DNA of 64,000 nucleotides from an uncultured bacterium (GTDB lineage Bacteria; Patescibacteriota; JAHJAL01): NCBI GenBank assembly GCA_938004065.1, contig CALKWM010000009.1, positions 3,330 to 67,329 of the forward strand, read 5' to 3'. Shown piece by piece: positions 63,793 to 64,000 of this stretch (position 1 is its first letter; each line of letters starts with the position of its first letter). The notes under the pieces were generated by a model. It saw only the letters and a program-made list of their open reading frames with translations, ran no database searches and was not told where the DNA came from. The position numbers and the translations under genes were made by a program.

Positions 63793-64000
63793 ATGTACAA
63801 ATACGAATTTGCGCACATTATAGAGTGCGAGGGTAAAAAAGAAGATGAAATTCAAGCGGTAATCGGTCAGGTGCGACAATTGATCGCCGACTTGGGTGGC
63901 AGAATTCAGAAAGAAGACGTTTGGGGCCAAAAAGATCTGACCTATGAGATCAAGAAACAAAATCATGGTTTCTACATGTTCACTATCCTCACAATGGACG
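63793..64000 (+). CDS. rpsF: 30S ribosomal protein S6, 3'-partial (not in the ORF track)
   Basis: MYKYEFAHII...LIADLGGRIQKEDVWGQKDLTYEIKKQNHGFY; GGAG SD at 63782. Confidence 0.93.
   Translation, partial: MYKYEFAHIIECEGKKEDEIQAVIGQVRQLIADLGGRIQKEDVWGQKDLTYEIKKQNHGFYMFTILTMD

Noticed and set aside
63727-63966. 79-aa minus-strand ORF
   Set aside because: Antisense to rpsF, which is clearly encoded on the plus strand.

Overview
AT-rich bacterial chromosome segment in genetic code 11 (TGA used as stop). Gene content and style suggest a Patescibacteria/CPR organism; this is an inference. Supporting signs are a type-2 IleRS, CxxC-x17-CxxC, RNHCP, DUF2207 and DUF378 proteins, a membrane-anchored Clp ATPase, many Ig-repeat surface proteins, no amino-acid, nucleotide or cofactor biosynthetic pathways, and many SD-less genes. 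Housekeeping genes: queG, leuS, ileS, tRNA-Leu(TAA), def-fmt, rpsP-khpA, a D-Ala-D-Ala carboxypeptidase, two tandem cmk genes, secA, comM, trxB and the start of rpsF. I found no CRISPR array, rRNA, prophage or intact transposase. The most striking layer is a set of tiny palindromic elements: (1) GTAG/GTAC-type REPs and REP doublets, one sitting as an exact 23-codon in-frame insert in queG and one probably in ileS; (2) a 16-19 nt CCGCC..GGCGG hairpin that recurs inside the loops of other repeats and in frame in leuS; (3) a GGATC..GGATGACA family, one copy of which supplies the stop codon of the Clp ATPase; (4) three MITE-like units with shared terminal inverted repeats; (5) a decayed RAYT-like (REP-associated tyrosine transposase) fragment; (6) degenerate 7/8/9-mer tandem repeats at gene boundaries. 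A second candidate system is a co-oriented minus-strand cluster: a 1369-aa protein with putative ADP-ribosyltransferase-like and HipA/PI3K-like kinase domains, a small membrane protein, a Zn-finger/membrane-anchored Clp ATPase with a degenerate first AAA+ ring, and a pre-toxin-TG-like protein. All protein family calls come from motif recognition by eye; no database searches were run.
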